From the NCBI RefSeq assembly GCF_041886205.1, contig NZ_CP169029.1: a stretch of 64,000 nt of DNA; one strand, 5' to 3'. Shown piece after piece: positions 60,234 through 64,000 of the stretch. Position numbers and translations under genes: made by a program. How positions within the stretch are numbered: the stretch's first letter is position 1; every line of letters begins with the position of its first letter. Origin of the DNA: Escherichia coli. Its GTDB lineage: Bacteria > Pseudomonadota > Gammaproteobacteria > Enterobacterales > Enterobacteriaceae. The notes under the pieces are model-generated. The model was not told the origin of the DNA. It did not search any database and saw nothing but the letters and a program-made list of their open reading frames with translations.

Positions 60234-60896
60234 ATGAAAGACATAGATACACTCATCAGCAACAATGCACTATGGTCAAAAATGCTGGTGGAAGAGGATC
60301 CCGGGTTTTTTGAGAAACTGGCACAAGCGCAAAAACCGCGCTTTCTATGGATTGGATGTTCCGACAGTCGCGTTCCTGCAGAACGTTTAACCGGTCTTGA
60401 GCCGGGCGAACTCTTTGTTCACCGTAATGTTGCTAACCTGGTCATTCACACTGACCTGAACTGCCTTTCCGTGGTTCAGTATGCAGTGGATGTACTCGAA
60501 GTTGAACACATTATTATCTGTGGCCACTACGGTTGCGGCGGCGTACAAGCCGCCGTTGAAAACCCGGAACTGGGGCTTATCAACAACTGGCTGCTGCACA
60601 TCCGCGATATCTGGTTCAAACATAGCTCATTGCTCGGCGAAATGCCGCAAGAGCGCCGTCTGGATACCTTGTGTGAACTGAACGTCATGGAACAGGTGTA
60701 TAACCTGGGCCACTCCACCATTATGCAATCAGCGTGGAAACGCGGGCAGAAAGTTACCATTCACGGCTGGGCCTACGGCATTCACGACGGCTTGCTGCGT
60801 GATCTGGATGTCACAGCCACCAACCGCGAAACCCTTGAGCAACGTTACCGTCACGGGATTTCCAACCTCAAGCTGAAACACGCCAACCACAAATAA
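60234..60896 (+). CDS. can: beta-class carbonic anhydrase 2 (Can), 220 aa
   Basis: Beta-CA zinc ligands (CSDSR ... HxxCGG). Confidence 0.95.
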   Translation: MKDIDTLISNNALWSKMLVEEDPGFFEKLAQAQKPRFLWIGCSDSRVPAERLTGLEPGELFVHRNVANLVIHTDLNCLSVVQYAVDVLEVEHIIICGHYGCGGVQAAVENPELGLINNWLLHIRDIWFKHSSLLGEMPQERRLDTLCELNVMEQVYNLGHSTIMQSAWKRGQKVTIHGWAYGIHDGLLRDLDVTATNRETLEQRYRHGISNLKLKHANHK

Positions 60897-60905
60897 AAAT
60901 GCCAT

Positions 60906-60926
60906 GCCGGATGCAACACATCCGGC
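60906..60926 (-). terminator. hairpin between convergent can and hpt
   Basis: gccggatg-caaca-catccggc; on the minus strand followed by ATGGCATTTTTATTT. Confidence 0.6.
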
Positions 60927-60936
60927 AACTTCACAC

Positions 60937-61473
60937 TTACTCGTCCAGCAGAATCACTTTGCCGATATACGGCAGATGACGGTAACGCTGTGCGTAATCA
61001 ATGCCGTAACCCACCACAAACTCATCCGGGATCGAGAAACCGATGAATTCTACCGGGACGTTCACTTCACGACGGGACGGTTTATCCAGCAGCGTACAAA
61101 TCGCCAACGACTTCGGTTCGCGCAGGCTTAAGATCTCACGCACTTTCGACAGTGTATTCCCCGAGTCGATGATATCTTCAACAATCAGCACGTCCTTGCC
61201 ACGGATATCTTCATCCAGATCTTTGAGGATTTTCACATCACGGGTGGTGGACATGCCGCTACCGTAGCTGGAGGCGGTCATAAAGTCGACTTCATGAGAT
61301 ACCTGAACTTCACGGCACAGGTCCGCCATAAACATAAATGAGCCACGCAGCAGACCAACCAGCACCATATCGCTGCCGCTGTCTTTGTAACGCTCAGTAA
61401 TCTGACGACCCAGTTCGGCGATACGCGCTTTAATCTCCGCTTCGGGGATCATTACTTCTACAGTATGTTTCAT
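60937..61473 (-). CDS. hpt: hypoxanthine phosphoribosyltransferase Hpt (178 aa)
   Basis: Start at [22 protein letters not shown] (ATG 61473); PRPP-binding motif [13 protein letters not shown]; an in-frame ATG 4 codons upstream (61485) is an alternative. Confidence 0.9.
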
Positions 61474-61601
61474 ATCTCTAACCATATGATTTAAAAACAA
61501 ATCACTTCGCACGGGCAGGTTTTGGCACCGCAACAAAGCGCAAGACACGCAGTATACCAGTAAAACTATTCATTCGCGGAATCTGTTAATAAAGCTCGAA
61601 T

Positions 61602-61617
61602 TGTGATGACGATCACA
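61602..61617. promoter_or_regulatory. CRP-consensus palindrome TGTGA-N6-TCACA in hpt/gcd divergent region
   Basis: tgtgatgacgatcaca, perfect half-sites, about 62 nt upstream of gcd ATG. Confidence 0.55.
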
Positions 61618-61678
61618 CATGTTAAAACCTATAATTAATTGCTACTAAAATATTAATGAATTGAAATGGTGTCTCTTT

Positions 61679-64000
61679 ATGGCAATTAACAATACAGGCT
61701 CGCGACGATTACTCGTCACGCTAACAGCCCTTTTTGCAGCGCTTTGCGGGCTGTATCTACTCATTGGCGGAGGCTGGCTGGTCGCGATTGGCGGCTCCTG
61801 GTACTACCCTATCGCTGGTCTTGTGATGCTCGGCGTCGCCTGGATGCTGTGGCTTAGTAAACGTGCCGCGCTTTGGCTGTACGCAGCCCTGCTGCTCGGC
61901 ACCATGATTTGGGGCGTCTGGGAAGTTGGTTTCGACTTCTGGGCGCTGACTCCGCGCAGCGACATTCTGGTCTTCTTCGGCATCTGGCTGATCCTGCCGT
62001 TTGTCTGGCGTCGCCTGGTCATTCCTGCCAGCGGCGCAGTTGCCGCACTGGTGGTGGCACTGCTGATTAGCGGTGGTATCCTGACCTGGGCCGGATTTAA
62101 CGATCCGCAGGAAATCAACGGCACCTTAAGCGCCGATGCCACACCTGCGGAAGCTATCTCACCCGTTGCCGATCAGGACTGGCCTGCCTATGGTCGCAAT
62201 CAGGAAGGTCAACGCTTTTCACCTCTGAAACAAATTAACGCCGATAACGTTCACAAGCTGAAAGAAGCCTGGGTGTTCCGTACTGGCGATGTGAAGCAGC
62301 CGAACGATCCGGGTGAAATCACCAATGAAGTGACGCCGATTAAAGTGGGCGACACCCTTTACCTGTGTACCGCTCACCAGCGACTGTTTGCGCTCGATGC
62401 CGCCAGCGGCAAAGAGAAATGGCATTACGATCCTGAGCTGAAAACCAACGAGTCTTTCCAGCACGTAACCTGCCGTGGTGTCTCTTATCATGAAGCCAAA
62501 GCAGAAACCGCTTCGCCGGAAGTGATGGCGGATTGCCCGCGTCGTATCATTCTTCCGGTCAATGATGGTCGCCTTATTGCGATTAACGCTGAAAACGGCA
62601 AACTGTGCGAAACCTTCGCCAATAAAGGCGTGCTCAATCTGCAAAGCAATATGCCAGACACCAAACCGGGTCTGTATGAACCGACTTCGCCACCGATTAT
62701 CACCGATAAAACCATCGTGATGGCAGGTTCAGTTACCGATAACTTCTCAACCCGCGAAACGTCTGGCGTGATCCGTGGTTTTGATGTCAACACCGGGGAG
62801 CTGCTGTGGGCTTTTGATCCCGGCGCGAAAGATCCGAACGCAATCCCGTCTGACGAACACACCTTTACCTTTAACTCGCCAAACTCGTGGGCACCAGCGG
62901 CCTATGACGCGAAGCTGGATCTGGTGTATCTGCCGATGGGCGTGACCACGCCGGATATCTGGGGCGGTAACCGCACACCGGAACAGGAACGTTATGCCAG
63001 CTCGATTCTGGCGCTGAATGCCACTACCGGGAAACTGGCGTGGAGCTACCAGACCGTTCACCACGACCTGTGGGATATGGATCTTCCGGCACAGCCGACG
63101 CTGGCGGACATCACCGTTAATGGTCAGAAAGTGCCAGTTATTTACGCTCCGGCGAAAACCGGCAACATTTTTGTGCTCGATCGTCGTAATGGCGAACTGG
63201 TGGTTCCGGCACCGGAAAAACCGGTTCCCCAAGGTGCTGCCAAAGGCGATTACGTTACCCCTACTCAACCATTCTCGGAACTGAGCTTCCGTCCGACGAA
63301 AGATTTGAGCGGTGCGGATATGTGGGGAGCCACCATGTTTGACCAACTGGTGTGCCGCGTGATGTTCCACCAGATGCGCTATGAAGGCATTTTCACCCCG
63401 CCATCTGAACAGGGTACGCTGGTCTTCCCGGGTAACCTGGGGATGTTCGAATGGGGCGGGATTTCCGTTGATCCAAATCGTGAAGTGGCGATTGCCAACC
63501 CAATGGCACTGCCGTTTGTTTCGAAACTGATCCCGCGTGGTCCTGGCAACCCGATGGAGCAGCCGAAAGATGCCAAAGGCACGGGTACGGAATCCGGCAT
63601 TCAGCCACAGTACGGTGTACCGTATGGTGTCACGCTCAACCCGTTCCTCTCACCATTTGGTCTGCCATGTAAACAGCCAGCATGGGGTTATATCTCGGCG
63701 CTGGATCTGAAAACTAATGAAGTGGTGTGGAAGAAACGTATTGGTACGCCGCAGGACAGTATGCCGTTCCCGATGCCGGTTCCGGTGCCGTTCAATATGG
63801 GTATGCCGATGCTGGGCGGGCCAATCTCCACGGCGGGTAACGTGCTGTTTATCGCCGCTACGGCAGATAACTACCTGCGCGCTTACAACATGAGCAACGG
63901 TGAAAAACTGTGGCAGGGTCGTTTACCAGCGGGTGGTCAGGCTACGCCAATGACCTATGAAGTGAATGGTAAGCAGTATGTGGTGATCTCCGCAGGCGGT
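61679..64000 (+). CDS. gcd: membrane-bound PQQ-dependent glucose dehydrogenase Gcd, N-terminal 774 codons (3' end runs off window)
   Basis: ATG 61679 gives MAINNTGSRRLLVTLTALFAALCGLYLLIGGGWLVAIGG... (N-terminal TM segments) followed by quinoprotein beta-propeller; no stop before window end. Confidence 0.9.
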   Translation, partial: MAINNTGSRRLLVTLTALFAALCGLYLLIGGGWLVAIGGSWYYPIAGLVMLGVAWMLWLSKRAALWLYAALLLGTMIWGVWEVGFDFWALTPRSDILVFFGIWLILPFVWRRLVIPASGAVAALVVALLISGGILTWAGFNDPQEINGTLSADATPAEAISPVADQDWPAYGRNQEGQRFSPLKQINADNVHKLKEAWVFRTGDVKQPNDPGEITNEVTPIKVGDTLYLCTAHQRLFALDAASGKEKWHYDPELKTNESFQHVTCRGVSYHEAKAETASPEVMADCPRRIILPVNDGRLIAINAENGKLCETFANKGVLNLQSNMPDTKPGLYEPTSPPIITDKTIVMAGSVTDNFSTRETSGVIRGFDVNTGELLWAFDPGAKDPNAIPSDEHTFTFNSPNSWAPAAYDAKLDLVYLPMGVTTPDIWGGNRTPEQERYASSILALNATTGKLAWSYQTVHHDLWDMDLPAQPTLADITVNGQKVPVIYAPAKTGNIFVLDRRNGELVVPAPEKPVPQGAAKGDYVTPTQPFSELSFRPTKDLSGADMWGATMFDQLVCRVMFHQMRYEGIFTPPSEQGTLVFPGNLGMFEWGGISVDPNREVAIANPMALPFVSKLIPRGPGNPMEQPKDAKGTGTESGIQPQYGVPYGVTLNPFLSPFGLPCKQPAWGYISALDLKTNEVVWKKRIGTPQDSMPFPMPVPVPFNMGMPMLGGPISTAGNVLFIAATADNYLRAYNMSNGEKLWQGRLPAGGQATPMTYEVNGKQYVVISAGG

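Noticed and set aside
62747-63370. 207-aa minus-strand ORF inside gcd
   Set aside because: Antisense to a well-supported coding region; composition-driven.

Overview
This window reads as a core Escherichia coli-type chromosomal segment (K-12 map about 139-203 kb, reverse-complemented), and I find no evidence of a novel multi-gene system. Gene order on the + strand of the window: lpxA' - fabZ - lpxD - skp - bamA - rseP - cdsA - uppS - dxr - frr - pyrH - tsf - rpsB (all minus); map - glnD - dapD - yaeI - yaeH (plus); cdaR - degP - dgt (minus); mtnN - btuF - yadS (plus); erpA - clcA (minus); hemL (plus); fhuB - fhuD - fhuC - fhuA - mrcB - hrpB (minus); thpR - sfsA - dksA - gluQ - pcnB - folK (plus); yadN - yadV - htrE - yadM - yadL - yadK - yadC chaperone-usher fimbrial operon (plus); panB - panC (plus); rpnC (minus); panD (plus); yadE - yadI - yadH - yadG (minus); can (plus); hpt (minus); gcd' (plus, runs off the window end). 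All CDS are intact; no rRNA, tRNA, CRISPR array, integrase, IS element or prophage was found. Gene identities rest on reading the supplied translations against well-known E. coli proteins; starts were refined by hand where the ORF track over-extends (the track uses GTG/TTG starts). Comparisons to K-12 are from memory and were not computed. The parts worth a second look are all small-scale: (1) a bamA allele whose differences from K-12 cluster in three predicted surface-loop segments; (2) a low-GC yad fimbrial operon in which every gene differs in length from K-12, behind a 404-bp AT-rich leader; (3) an ERIC element with a structured ~65-bp internal insertion between panC and rpnC, apparently absent from K-12, plus a second diverged ERIC copy in the rpsB-tsf spacer; (4) an intrinsic terminator after dksA that overlaps the annotated gluQ start; (5) the non-canonical AUU start of pcnB; (6) a perfect CRP-consensus palindrome between hpt and gcd; (7) recurring GC-rich CCTCTCCC/GGGAGAGG hairpins.
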